A DNA stretch of 64,000 nucleotides from NCBI GenBank assembly GCA_043228905.1, contig JBHGNT010000022.1:8494001-8558000 (forward strand). Reading direction: 5' to 3'. Shown piece by piece: positions 49,523 through 62,966 of this stretch. The stretch's first letter is position 1. Each line of letters starts with the position of its first letter. The position numbers and the translations under genes are program-made. This DNA is from Azolla caroliniana. Taxonomy: Eukaryota; Plantae; Polypodiophyta. Below the pieces are notes generated by a model, which did no database searches, was not told the DNA's origin, and saw only the letters and a list, made by a program, of their open reading frames with translations.

Positions 49523-49851
49523 CCTGAAGGCCTTGGTCACGGAAGATGACCACAACCGGGCAAGAGGCCGGTATCGGAGTCCCCAAAACCGGGACAAGTC
49601 GAGGACGAGGTCGAAGTCAAGGGGGAGGCCTTCTTGCTTCTACTATGGGAAGTTGGGGCACTTCCAGAAGAATGGCCGACATTTCTTGAAGGAGAAAGAA
49701 ACTGGCACTACCGATTTGAAGAAGACTTCGGACCAAAATAGTTCGGACCGGAGAGGCCCGGATCGGAAAGGAACGTCGACAATCGCAACAAGTGAAGAAG
49801 AACTAGTGCTCATTACCGAAGAGAATGAGTTAAACCTTGTCGGCGAGGAGA
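49523..49851 (+). pseudogene. Copia gag knuckle fragment (family of 2163-3194)
   Basis: KALVTE...SKSRGRPSCFYYGKLGHFQKN...EEELVLI matches 2753-3010. Confidence 0.7.
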
Positions 49852-52482
49852 TGTGAATGTTAATGTGCGGAAGCGTAAGACAGAACCGGCTCAGCCGGAT
49901 AGCAACAGAAAATGAGATGAAGGTTTAATGGAAAAGCTTAAAACACAAAGGAGACAGAGAGAGCAAAACATAAAACTATATTCAAAAATTAACTCTAAAA
50001 CTCTGTGTACATACAACGTGCTAAACAACACTATTTATACAAGTCCATAAAGGACTGCCAGAAGTACTAATAAGTACTTCAATGCTCACACATTGTCGCG
50101 TTGTTACGCGCGTGCGCGTAGAAGCGGGCGGGACCACGGGGGTCTCGGACTAGGGAGTAGAGGAGAAAGAGAGAGAGAGAGAGCGAGAGATTCACAAACA
50201 CGCAGAAGCGAGAAGGAGAGATATAGAACGGAACACTTGATTACAATAACAAGAGATTACAAACTCCGACGGTTACAACTACCAAGGCGGCGATGGGCCC
50301 GACACGGGGACCCTACTCACGCACATAGACGGAACACACTAGACCTAGAGAAACGCAGAAGGAAAAGCCTCTGCTGGCAGCGCAAGGGATTCCCACGAAG
50401 CAGAGGCGTCGAACTCCCCCCACACCCACAGAGAATGACGGTCGGAGGAGGAGAGAGAGTTCGACCCTCGGTCCTGCAGCACTTCGTCCTCCTTAACGCG
50501 CGATCCCCTCTCTTCCTTCTCTCCTCTCCTTAAATAGTTCCCAAAAAGGGGTGCCCCTTTCCCTAGTCAAATTGCTTTATTCCCTATCCCTTCTGACTGA
50601 GATACGCACAATCCGTCCTAATAAATGTGCACTACTTAGTATTTACATCAGTTGATCCATTTATGAATCAATATCAAAATATCAATTCATGCGTCCATCC
50701 GTGTAAGAGCCGGTTCATGCGCCTTTTTGCCCGAATCTGCCTATGGCCGGTTTTCTTCACGACATCCGCCCCCACCAAACCGCGCATCCACCGGCATGCG
50801 CCAAAGACGGGTTGATACCGAAGAAAACCGGCTTCAGTCGACGCTCTCCGATTCTTTGCCGGGCCCGAACTTATCGTCATCGTCGCTCCCGTCCACTCCC
50901 TCTGGGTCCGGCTCGTCCTCGAACCGCTTCTTGAACGCTTTGATCCGCTTCCCGGCCACCAGTACTGCTAGTTGTGTCCTGTCAAGTTCCGCGAGGTGCT
51001 ACGTGCCGTTGTCGTTCGTGCTCGTCACCGTGTAGGGCCCAAACCATCTCCTTGCAAACTTTCGCACCGCCTTGTGCTGATTGTCGAGGCTGCTGTCGTA
51101 CACCAAGACCCAGTCGCCTTCCTCGATCTTCTTTGGTCGCAACCGGTGCGTCTGGTTGAACAGGGTCTTGTTCCCTTCCCTTGCCACCCGCAGCTTTTCC
51201 TTTGCCCGTTTCATGTCCTCCGGCCTCCGCTCGAGTTGCCGAATCCGTGCCGCCAGCAACTCCTTTCGGCTCATCTCGTCCTTCCAATCTACCGCCGCCC
51301 ACAAAGAAACGGTCTGTTTCACCATCATGATCGGCATCTGTCCATACATCAGCTCTGCCAGCATAAACCCTGTTACCGAACTGTGCGTAGTTCGGTCCGC
51401 CCATAGTGCGTAAGGAAGGAGTTGCGGCCAATTCCCGACCTGCCCTATGCATGCACGCACCAACGCCTTTACGATCGGCCCATGCCCACGTTCTACCTTT
51501 CCGTTCGCCTCCGGATTGTATGCCGTAGTGAGGGAGAGTTTGACCCCTAGCCGGTCGAACAACTCCTCAGCCTCCCTCGCATCCAGCTCTCCCCGGTCCG
51601 CCACGATCCTCCCGATGCACCCGTGTCGACACACTACCTCTTCGATCAGGAACCGGCATACCGCCGCGGTTGTCTTGTTCTACAGTGCGCGGCCTTCCAC
51701 CTGGTTCGTTAAGTCTTCCCGTGCAAGCACCAGGTTGGCCATGGCGTTGTCCTTTCCGGAGATGTGTCGTATCTCTGGGTTCAGGGACTTAATGTACGCT
51801 ATCCACCGGAGCATTGCTAGGTCTGGCGTCGCGCATCCGGAAATTATGCCGAGTATCGGCAGGCAGTCCGTCTCGATGATCACCTCCGTCCCGATCAGAT
51901 AGTCCTTGTCAGCCTTGACTACCGAAACGATACCCCAAAGCTCGCGCTTAACTTGTGCGTATCCTCGCTGCCGCTCACTCAATACCTTCGCCCCGATCTG
52001 GATAGGGAATCGAACGTCGTCCTTGTCCTCCTGACTAATTACCCACCCAATCCCGGGCGGGCTCGTGTCCACCGTCACGTAGATGGGAACACCCTTGTCG
52101 TAAACCTCTTTACAGAGGGTCGGCACTACCGTAAGCGCCTCCTTTAGTCTCCGGACCGACTCCATGTGCTCCGTCCTCCACTCGAACCCATGCCCTTCCT
52201 TCAATAGCCCGTAGAGAGGCTCCGTAACATGTGCGTAGTGCGGAATCCAGATGTGGTAGAACGCGCATGCTCCCAAGAATCTATGGACCTCCGTGACGGA
52301 CCTGCAATCGTCCCTCATCACCGAGATGGCCTCCACCTTTGCCGGAGACGGTTTCCTACCATAGGGCCCGCACAGGTGTCTGACCACCAAGATCTCCGAC
52401 TGCCCGAATGCCGATTTTTCTCCGGAGAAGGTGAGTCGTGCGTTTTCGAGCTTCTGCAGCACCTTCTCGTAGTCGTTGATGT

Positions 52483-52794
52483 TGTTAGGAGACAGGTCCC
52501 TCCGGATGGGAAGTGAGAAGAACAGTACTGTTGTTAGGAAACCGAATGTGGACTACCCGGCTACAGAAGACCCGGTGAGAACCGGATGAGGAGTACCCGG
52601 CAAGAGCCGGATAGTGAAGGCCCGGTGAGAAGTGTTCACCGGATGAAGGGACATATTCGTAAATATGTTTCCTGAGAGTCTATCGGGGCTATATTTGTAA
52701 ATAGCCAAAAAGTCATATTAGTATAAATATGACTTAGGGAAAACTTTAGTTGTGGTTGTCATTCTTGTTGGCGCAAGATTAGAGCGCAACAGTG

Positions 52795-52844
<50 letters not shown>

Positions 52845-53117
52845 CGAAGAGGTCGTTGCCTCTGTTGTAACCGCCGCCTGTGGCAAAGATAATGAACAAG
52901 AGGTCGTTGCCTCTGTGTTCATCTTTTGTATATTGTTACATAGAGATAGTTAGCAGTCAGTGGCCTGCTGTGGTTTTTCCCATGTTTGGGTTTTCCACGT
53001 AAACATCCTGTGTACTCTTCTCTCCATTGTGTCGTGCATTCATTCCCCGTTTCTTGTGTTTGATTCTAAGCTCGGTTGTGGCTGAGCATTGTTCATAGGA
53101 GCGCGTAGTTCCTGACA
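52483..53117 (+). mobile_element. Solo LTR with 5-bp TSD GATGT
   Basis: TGTTAGG...CCTGACA flanked by GATGT/GATGT. Inserted in the Gypsy RT. Contains an (AG)n tract. Confidence 0.88.
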
Positions 53118-56100
53118 GATGTGGTTCACGACGAACCTCCGGCATCCGTCTGGCCCGACAGTCTCGCCCGCGTCATCCACCGGACACCCCTTTATCGGGA
53201 TGTCGTCCAAGAATGGCATGGTGATGTCCGTGATGCAGTCCCTTAGCACTTTGCTCATTGCGTTCACCATATGCGCCACCGAATTGGTCCCTCCTTTTGG
53301 TAGGGTACACATTCGTACCAAGCCGAGAGGAGTTCACATCGTCGTGATATCCCTGCTCTCCACGACTAGTTGGAACTGGTCATACCCCGAGTATAAGTCA
53401 CCGACCAAATAGATCGACCTTCCAACGAAGGCCTCCGCGAACTCGTCTATGGTCGGTCTGATTCCTACATTACGGATGGTCACCCTGTTGACTGGTTGCA
53501 GGGCCTGAATGAAGCGTAGCGTGCCGTTCTTCTTCGGCACCGTAAACCACTAATTCTAATACGGGGCACTCGACGGTTCGAGGATGCCCATTTCCACCTT
53601 CTGCTTCAGAAGCTCCATCAACTTCGGGATGTCACCTCTCGGCACCAGAATCGGTTTGAGATTCCATGGTACATGCGGTACCGTGAAGATCACCATCAGT
53701 TCGACGATCGTCGGGTCCACACACCCAATCTCCCCCAGCGAGAACGCGAAGGCTTTCCCATGCCTTCCAAGCATTCTCCGAAACCTGTTCTCCTCCGCCG
53801 GCAGTAGAAAGCCACCCCCACCGACCTTGAGCTCCCGTAGCGTTATGTCGGTGAACCGGTGCCCTATGCCAGCCGGATTCCATAAACTGGGGTCCGACGC
53901 GACCCCTTTTATCCGCTCCTCGCTACCCTTCAGCAAGGGTGCCGCGACCGGCCTCACCTTCCGATCCACAGTCTTGTACTTTGTATCCACACGGGCCGTC
54001 CGATCCGACCCGATCCTTTCCCCGAAGTCCGCGATGACTTCGTACATTCCCATCAAACCTACCAGAACGGTCCGGTCTTCTCTAAGGTCTTCACCGATCA
54101 CCTTTCGCAACTCGCCCAAGGTGTCGTCAAAAGAGACCGCGCTCCTCCGCTCGCTTCCTTTCCCGGCCATAGTACAACCTCTGTTGTTGGAGAACCAAAA
54201 TTTCCTACTTATGGTACAGGTCTTCTTCCGTACTGTACATTTGTGGGGTTTTTCCCGGGTGTCCGGACTATCGCGGCCCCACGCCTTGATAACCCTCTTT
54301 AAAAATCCCCTTGAGTTTTGCTACCGAGGGCCTCGTGGTTACGCTCATGGTTTGGTCACACCGTCAGGAACTGGACCGAGTAACGCCCGTCCTAGCTCTT
54401 GACTCTTGCATAGGCCGAACCGTTGTCCAACACCTTGGTCTCCATCCGTGCCGCCGTGATGTACAACTCTCCTAGTATATAACCGGATGCGAGGATGTCT
54501 CTTGCACGAAGAGGTGTTGGTCGATCTCGACATCGCCGATTTTCACCCGTACATTCGAACAGGCTCCATGTTGTTCTTCCGTGGCATGCGTCGCTGCCCG
54601 TATTTTCTAGCCATGCTTGGTGTTGATCGACCATTTACCCTTCTTGTAGAAATCCATGGACATCAGGTTGATTTCGGATCCATGGTCTACCAACGCTACC
54701 ACCGGTTCCGGAACGTTGCCGATCCGTATAGGGGTTTCCGTAGTTGCCCTGGCCCAATGCGGCTTTGTGTAGTGGCTTTCCGCCAACTCGTCTTCTAGGG
54801 CCGCGTCTTCCAAGTGCGTGGTCCGCACCTCCACCGACTTCCCCGGTTCTGGCTCCGTTGAGAGCCTCTTCTGCCTTACCAAGTCTACGATGGAGTCGTG
54901 GAACTCCCTCTTGGCGATTCCCAACACCTCCCGCAACGACAGGTCCACTTTACTGTCGAGGATACGTTCCTCCAGGACCTTTCGCAGGTCTGTGGTCCTT
55001 TCGATTTTGGTGCTCAACCGAAACCCTGCCTGCTTCTTTCCGTCCGGCGCGCCTGGGTTGCCAGCACCGGTCCGTTTCGGTCCAAACCGGGTCTCATACC
55101 TCTGCAGGGGACCCGACCCCTCCGGTCTTTCCTGCCCGTTTGTCCTCCACCAGAACCTCATAGTTCTGGCAAGCGGCTTCTTCGAAGCCCGTTTTCTCTT
55201 CGATCTGATCGTCCTAACCGGTGACCTCCTGGACCCTCTGCTCCGCGCGGTCCGCCTCTTCCTTCTTCAGCCGAACTCCGGAGAGGCCTTCTAGCACTAG
55301 CAGCCATAATCCAGAGTCCTTCGCTTCTCGGGTCTCATCACCCCCGACCCGAATTCCCATCGACACTGAGTAGTTAACGGCTTCAACGTGCTATGCCGCG
55401 GCCTCTTCCATCAACCTCTTCATTCCGCCGCGCCCCGTATTTAGTTCTAGGGCTCTCCGGGTCTCGCTCACGTGCACTCGCCCGTTCCAGAGGTACAACA
55501 CGTTGGTCCTGAGCGCATCGGCGAAATCCGCGCAATCCTTCCGAATGTGACCGATCGCGTCACACCACATGCACCGCTGTCTCTCCGGGCCTGTGTGATC
55601 TGTAGGTCGCGCACCATCTGTGTCAGCTCCTCCAGAGCTCCTCCTCCCAATGGGCCTCTGACCACGTCCTTCGATGCCGACCCCGACTCTGGCCAAATTT
55701 GGGTCTCTTCCTTCGTATCGGCCGGCACCGATACCGGCTCCAGAAGCCTCCTCCCCGGGACCGGCCCTGACCCCGACGAGCTTCCGTTGCTCCAATCGCG
55801 GCGTTTGTCGAAACGGCTGCGCAGACCCGTTTTACCACGGCCCAGTCTGCCGTGAGCGCTTCGTCCGTTTCCAATATGGGACCCACCTTTTCCCTGTCGA
55901 GCGCATCCACCGACTTGACAAACAGTAGTACTCAACTCGTTTCGACCACGGTCCGGTCCAGCGTCGATAGCCGCGCGAACCGTTTTTCGAACTCCTGGAG
56001 GAGCATCGACGTGTTCCTCCCTTTTCTGGGGCTTTCCACCCACGCCATGAAGTCCCACCTCGACAGCCGAAGCGAGTCATCAAAACCCTTACATCTCGAG

Positions 56101-56125
56101 GAGCTGCAGCTCGAACTCCTCCCAA

Positions 56126-59100
56126 TGTCATGATATGACAAGACTCGAACCCATGACCTTAGGTTATATGGGTCGAGCTCTTGACCATTAGATCATCTAT
56201 TGTAATACGTAGGATATTATTTTCATTTACATTTTATTCTAGGAAATTAGTGTATATTCCAGATTTCTCTGGAACATTCTAGAAGCTTCAGGATTACTCC
56301 TGAAAACACTATAAAAGAGGGCACTAGGCATTATGTTGAACCAAATTGGTTCAACACCAATCTTAAGCCTTTTAGCCACCATTGTATATTCTCTTCATAT
56401 AATATATATCTTTCTTATCATCACTCTCTCTCTCTCTCTCTCAATCTCTCTCTCTCTCTCTGTCTCGCTCACTTCTTCCTTCTCTCGAAGAAGTTCCACA
56501 CCTCTCATAGTACTAATCCTTCATTTAGTACTAATTCCTTCTTTGTCTCAATACTGTTCATGACAGTTTGAACCAATTTCCCTACCTTCTGTCTCTCTCA
56601 TTTCCTACTAATCTTTTATTCCTCTTTTCTTTCATCCCATGGCCACTGTTAGCGTTGAAGAATATCAATTTGTTTTCTCGGAATTTCAATGCTTGAAGGA
56701 GAAGTTCCATGCTTTGGAACAAGAAAACCAACGGTTGATGGGGGATCTTCAGCAAATCTCCTTAGAAAAGTAGCAAACGCAACAACAACATGGGGAACTT
56801 GCGTTACGCGTGCAACAACTCGAAGCAACCATCGTAGCGATGCAACAACAAGGGCCCGGAACACAAGGGATTCATAAAGAACCCAAGATTGGCCTTCCCA
56901 CGAAGTTCGATGGAATGCGATCGCAGTTTAGAGGGTTCCTTAACCAGGTACGATTAGTTATTCAAATGCATCCTTCCCGATATCCCACCGATGCATCACG
57001 AGTGGGTTTAGTAGGCACTTTGTTAAGTGGCTCAGCGTTGTCATGGTTCGCTCCACTATTAGAAAAGGAATCTCCGTTACTCAACAATTTTGAAGAGTTT
57101 CTAGGTGAGTTTAAAGCATGTTTCGGAGATACTGACAGCATCAGGACCGCAATCAACAAAATCCGGCGATTACCCCAAGGTGACCGTCCAGCCTCCACAT
57201 ACGCTGCAAATTTTCGCCTACTCGCCGCAGATATCCCTTGGGATGATCAAGCGTTGATGGAGCAATTTCGTTATGGTTTACGCAACGACGTCAAGGATTT
57301 ACTATTGACCTTCCCCGAAGAGCCAAAGTCCTTAACAAAAGCAATCAGTCACGCGGTGAGATGTGACAACCGCCTCTTTGAGCGACGTTCGGAACGACAG
57401 CTACAGATGCCGAGGGCAAGATCAGAGCCCACCTACGTCTCAGTGGTAGCAAGAACTTTTCCGAGGGAGTCATATAATGCGCCTCCAGCGAATACTCCGA
57501 CTCCGATGGAGATTGACACTACACGTCGTCGAGGGCCATTATCCGAAGAAGAAAAGCAGCGACGCCGTACAAATCGACTATGTCTTTACTGCGGTGGACT
57601 AGGACATATCGCAATAAATTGCCCCCATAGGCCAAGAAGACAGGTAAACCAAATAGTCGCTAGTTCTAATTGTACTAAATCCGAGCCAATTTCAGTAGGG
57701 ATATCTGATAGTCCTAATAGTACTAATATCCCAGATCTAGCAAACAAATTTGATGTCCTTAGTCAGTTAGAAGAAGAGTTAAACGACTAAGTCCAGCCAA
57801 AATAGGAGCCGTTTGGTTGGACAACCCTAGATCTGTGCAGCCCATTAGTGGTTCCATTCCCTCTAAGCAAGTTAGTGATGTGTTCGTAGCCCAAATAGTT
57901 AGTACTAAAAGTACCCCTCCAGTACATGTCCTAGCACTCCTAGATTTCGGAGCTAACTCTTGCTTTATGGATAAGAAATTTGCTCAAGCTCATAAGATAT
58001 CCCTAAGAAAACTCCAGTGTCCAGCCTCTATAGTACTCATTGATGGACGTCCCATTGCTTCCGGAAATATCATAGAAGAGTCAGATCCCATTAATATTGT
58101 CCTAGATAACTTAGCATGTGTAGTATCATTTAATATTATTAGTATCCTAGAACATCCTATAGTTTTAGGATTACCGTGGTTCGAGTTACATAACCCAGAC
58201 ATAGATTGGAGAACAAGAGAAATCCGGTGTCGACAAACCCAAGGGTCAACTCAGAAGATGGCAACCATTTCACTACGTCAGTTGCGTAAAGAAGGGCGCA
58301 AGGAGGAAATGTTCCTCTTTGCAATATCAGTAAACCCCTCCAGCACCACTAAAGAAGAATCCACCGTTCAACTTCCCGAGAAGTATCGTCATTACGCCGA
58401 TGTGTTCGATAACGTACAAGCCAACACACTTCCTCATCATCGACCGTACGATTGCCCCATCGATTTACAACTGGAAAAAGAGCCGCCATGGGGACCGATC
58501 TACAATTTGTCACCAACCGAGCTGGAAGTCCTTCGGGCCTATATAGAGGAGAATTTGGAAAATGGTTTCATTTGGCATTCGAAATCTCCAGCCGGCGCGC
58601 CCATTTTCTTTGTCAAAAAAAAAGATGGATCGCTTCGTCTCGTTGTAGATTACTGTGGCTTGAATAAGGTTACAATCAAGAATAGGTATGCTCTTCCCCT
58701 TATCTCAAGTCTTTTAGAACGGATCAATGGTGCCAGGTTCTTCACGAAGATCGACTTATGGGGAGCATATAACCTCGTATGGATCCGACAAGGAGACGAA
58801 TGGAAGACTGCGTTTCGCACCAGATATGGGCACTTCGAGTATACGGTCATACCGTTCGGCCTCACTAATGCGCCGACAGTCTTCCAGCACATGGCTAATG
58901 ATATATTCTGAGATCTATTGGATGATTGTTTGATCATCTATTTGGATGATCTACTGGTTTATTCAAAGACCCAAGAAAAACATGATTCTCATGTATTATT
59001 AGTACTAAAATGACTTCGAGAACATGGTCTATATGCAAAGCTGGAAAAATGTAGTTTCGGGTGCAACCAAGTGGAATTTCTCGGCTACATCATTTCGTCA

Positions 59101-61839
59101 GAAGGCATCTCCATGGACCTAGCTAAGGTCAAAACGGTGGTAGAATGGCAGACTCCGTGTTCGGTGCGGGATGTGCAATGCTTCTTAGGCTTTGCCAATT
59201 TTTACCGGAAGTTCATACAAGATTACTCAAAGATCGTTCTACCTCTCACACAACTTACCAAGAAGGGACAACCGTTCATCTGGTCTGAAGAAACGGACAT
59301 GGCTTTCGAGAGTCTTAAAAAGGCATTTACATCGTCTCCAATTCTAGCTCATGTCGATCCGGAAAAACCATTCATTATCAAAGCTGATGCATCGGATTTT
59401 GCATTGGGGAGCATTCTGTCACAACAGGGGAATGATGAGAAGCTACATCCTGTGGCTTTTCACTCACGCAAGTTTGACGCCGCCGAAATCAACTACGAAA
59501 TTCATGATAAGGAGCTATTGGCAATAGTGGATTCTTTTATGCAATGGAGGCATTTTTTGGAGGGATCCTCTCATCCAGTCACCGTATTTAGTGACCACAA
59601 GAATCTTGCCTACTTTCAGGATGCTCGTGTGTTGAATCGACGTCAAGCTCGGTGGGCCCACTTCCTCATGCTTTTCGACTTCAAAATTACATATCGTCCG
59701 GGGAAGCACCAAGGGAAGGCAGATGCATTATCACGACGTTCATATCTAGCACCCCGTCTCGGCGAGCTAGCTTTTGATAACCAAAAACAAGTCATCTGGC
59801 GACCGGCACGACTACAAGCAACACAGATCTTTGACATGCCTATGGATTCCCACATTATCGATACCATACGTGAAGACTTGAAGATAGATGCATTCACCCA
59901 AGCTATACTAGCACAAATTGATCCCTCTCGAGCGTCGTGCTCACAGTCACAACCACCAGGTACGGACTATCGGCAATTTAAATACCATGATGGATTACTC
60001 TTCTTTAAAGAACTTTTGTATGTTCCTAATGGTTCTTGCCGCCTTCGAATAGTACAAAACTGTCATGACACATATACAGCTGGGCATTTTGGTAGTACTA
60101 AAACATTACATTTAGTACAACAAACATTCTGGTGGCCCTGTATGCGACAATTTGTCGAGGATTTTGTTCGGCCTTGTGATACATGTTGCAGAGCGAAAAT
60201 GCCAAGGCATTATCCATATGGTTTATTAGAACCATTACCAATTCCAAGCAAGCCGTGGCAATCCATTGCTCTAGACTTCATCACAGATCTTCCAGTCTCT
60301 AAGGGGTTCAATGCGATTCTAACGGTGGTCGATCGATATACGAAGATGGCTCATTTCTTGCCATGTACTAAGGAGATCTCCAGTGAAGACACTGCCGAAA
60401 TTGTCATGCGTGAAGTATGTCAGCATCATGGACTTCTCGATAGTATCATCAGCGACCGTGGACCCCAGTTCGTGTCAAAATTCTGGAAGCACCTTTTTAA
60501 CATGCTCAATGTCACTTGTAACCTCTCCTCCGGCTACCACCCACAAACTGACGGCCAAGCTGAACGAACAAATCAAACATTGGAGCAGTATCTGCGGTGC
60601 TTTCTCAGCTATCATCAAGATGACTGGGCAGATATTCTCCACTTCGCCGAATTTGCCTATAACAACTCTATCCACGCATCCACTAAAGTTACGCCATTTT
60701 ATGCTTATACGGGATGTCACTCCAGGTGGAGTGTACTTGAAACCCCAGAGGTGTCCACAAATCCGTGCGCAGAGGATCGTTTGGAGCAGTTACGCAAGAT
60801 ACAAGCGGATTTATCTACTCATCTCTAGCAAGCTCAACAAACACACAAGGTCTACGCGGATCGTCATCGACTTCCATCCAGTTTTAATATTGGAGATTGG
60901 GTGTGGCTGCTACGACGACACATCAACACTACTCGTCTATGTGAGAAGTTAGATTATCGGCGGTTAGGTCCTTTCCGTATTATTGGACAGATTAATGATG
61001 TCGTTTTTCGTCTCGATCTACCTCCTCAACTTCGGATACATCCAATGTTTCATAGTTCTCTCCTCGAACCCTACCATGACAGCATCATCCCAGGACATCT
61101 TATCCAACCTCCACCCCCGATCGAGCTTGAAGATGGGCCAGAGTACGAGGTTGCCGCCATACTTGATTCCAAGATTGTTTGCAACAAGCTCTACTATCTA
61201 GTCGATTGGCTAGGCTATAGCCCCAACGAACGTACTTGGGAACCGATCGAGAATGTGACCAATGCTCGTGCTCTTCTTGAAGACTTCCATCGTCAATATC
61301 CACACAAACCAGGTCCTCAATCCAAGACGACTTGTGACACTCGTCGTTTTAAAGGGGGGATAGTGTCATGATATGGCAAGACTCGAACCCATGACCTTAG
61401 GTTATATGGGTCGAGCTCTTGACCATTAGATCATCTATTGTAATACGTAGAATATTATTTTCATTTTCATTTTATTATAGGAAATTAGTGTATATTCCAG
61501 ATTTCTCTGGAACATTCTAGAAGCTTCAGGATTACTCCTGAAAACACTATAAAAGAGGGCACTAGGCATTATGTTGAACCAAATTGGTTCAACACCAATC
61601 TTAAGCCTTTTAGCCACCATTGTATATTCTCTTCATATAATACATATCTTTCTTATCATCACTCTGTCTCTCTCTGTCTCTCTCTCAATCTCTCTTTTTC
61701 TCTCTGTCTCTCTCTCAATCTCTCTTTTTCTCTCTGTCTTGCTCACTTCTTCCTTCTCTCGAAGAAGTTCCACACCTCTCATAGTACTAATCCTTCATTT
61801 AGTACTAATTCCTTCTTTGTCTCAGTACTGTTCATGACA
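56126..61839 (+). mobile_element. Full-length chromovirus copy B with TSD CCCAA
   Basis: LTRs 56126-56565 and 61364-61839 are nearly identical. CCCAA on both sides. gag 56639-57790 and pol 57778-61371 with a few stops. Chromodomain present. Confidence 0.95.
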
Positions 61840-62966
61840 CCCAAGTCTGGCATCCGGCCAGCACCTCGAGCACCTCCGCGTGGATGCCCGGTGTCACCAC
61901 CCGAGGGAATCCGGACAGCCGCCTGTCCACCGGGATATCCCTCCTGATCATTTCGGCCTGATAAGCCTCCAAATAACTTGTGGCGTCTTTCCCTCCGAAC
62001 CGGCCTAAAGAGTCGACGATCAATTCAATAGCTCTGTCAAGGGTACCCATCCCCTCACGAACACTTACCAGCCGGTCGACGGCTACCGCCATTGCCTTTG
62101 CTAGCTCCGATCCCCTCATCTTTCAACTCCTTTGCCCGCCCGTTCACGTCGGGAGAAAGAGAGAGAGAGAGAGAGAGAGAGATTCACAAACACGAAGAAG
62201 CGAGAAGGAGAGATATAGAACAGAAGACTTGATTACAATAACAAGAGAGTACAAACTCCGACGGTTACAACCGGCAAGGCGACGATGGGCCCGACACAGG
62301 GACCCTACTCACGCACACAGATGGAACACATTGGACCCAGAGAAACGCAGAAGGAAAAACCTCTACTGGCAGCGCACGAGCTACCCACGAAGCAGAGGCG
62401 TCAAACTCCCCCCGCACCCACATAGAATGACGGTCGGAGGAGGAGAGAGAGTTCAGCCCTCGGTCCTGCAGCACTTCGTCCTCCTTAACGCGCGATCCCC
62501 TCTCTTCCTTCTCTCCTCTCCTTAAATAGTTCCCAAAAAGGGGTGCCCCTTTCCCTAGTCAAATCGCTTTATTCCCTGTCCCTTCTAACAGAGATACGCA
62601 CAATCCTTCCTAATAAATGTGCACTACTTAGTATTTACATTAGTTGATCCATTTATGAATCAATATCAAAATATCAATTCATGCGTCCATCCGTGTAAGA
62701 GTCGGTTCATGGGCATTTTTGCCCGAATCCGCCTATGGCTAGTTTTCTTCACAATGACGTGTGACTGACACTAACTACGAGACAATGATTACCTAGTAGT
62801 CTAAGCTACTATTAGCCTTCCGTTTCCCGCTCGAATCCGGCTCTCCAATCCGTCCAGTTGTTTCAGGATACCGATTCGGCTCATCCTTCCGGATGCCGAT
62901 CCGGCTCAAGCTTATTCAGCCGATCCGGATCCGGTTGAGCTTGTTCGCTTAACACTCCCCCTCAAG

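Larger units (their letters stand above)
50094..62756 (-). mobile_element. Non-chromovirus Gypsy element (tRNA-Trp primed), hosting a solo LTR and chromovirus B
   Basis: LTRs 50094-50764 and ~62150-62756. PPT at 50765-50779. gag 61832-62119 and 55391-56141 (CMWCDAIGHIRKDC), PR VDHGSEIN, RT FLDD, RNase H VDTS, IN YNPEANGKVERGH. Confidence 0.88.
49852..62954 (-). mobile_element. Copia 3' LTR split into 49852-50093 and 62757-62954 by the Gypsy insertion
   Basis: The two halves join to give an LTR like 46244-46701. PPT CTCCCCCTCAAG at 62955. Confidence 0.72.

Noticed and set aside
53584-55294. Long plus-strand ORFs (272 aa, 158 aa and others)
   Set aside because: Antisense shadows of the GC-rich Gypsy gag-pol on the minus strand.
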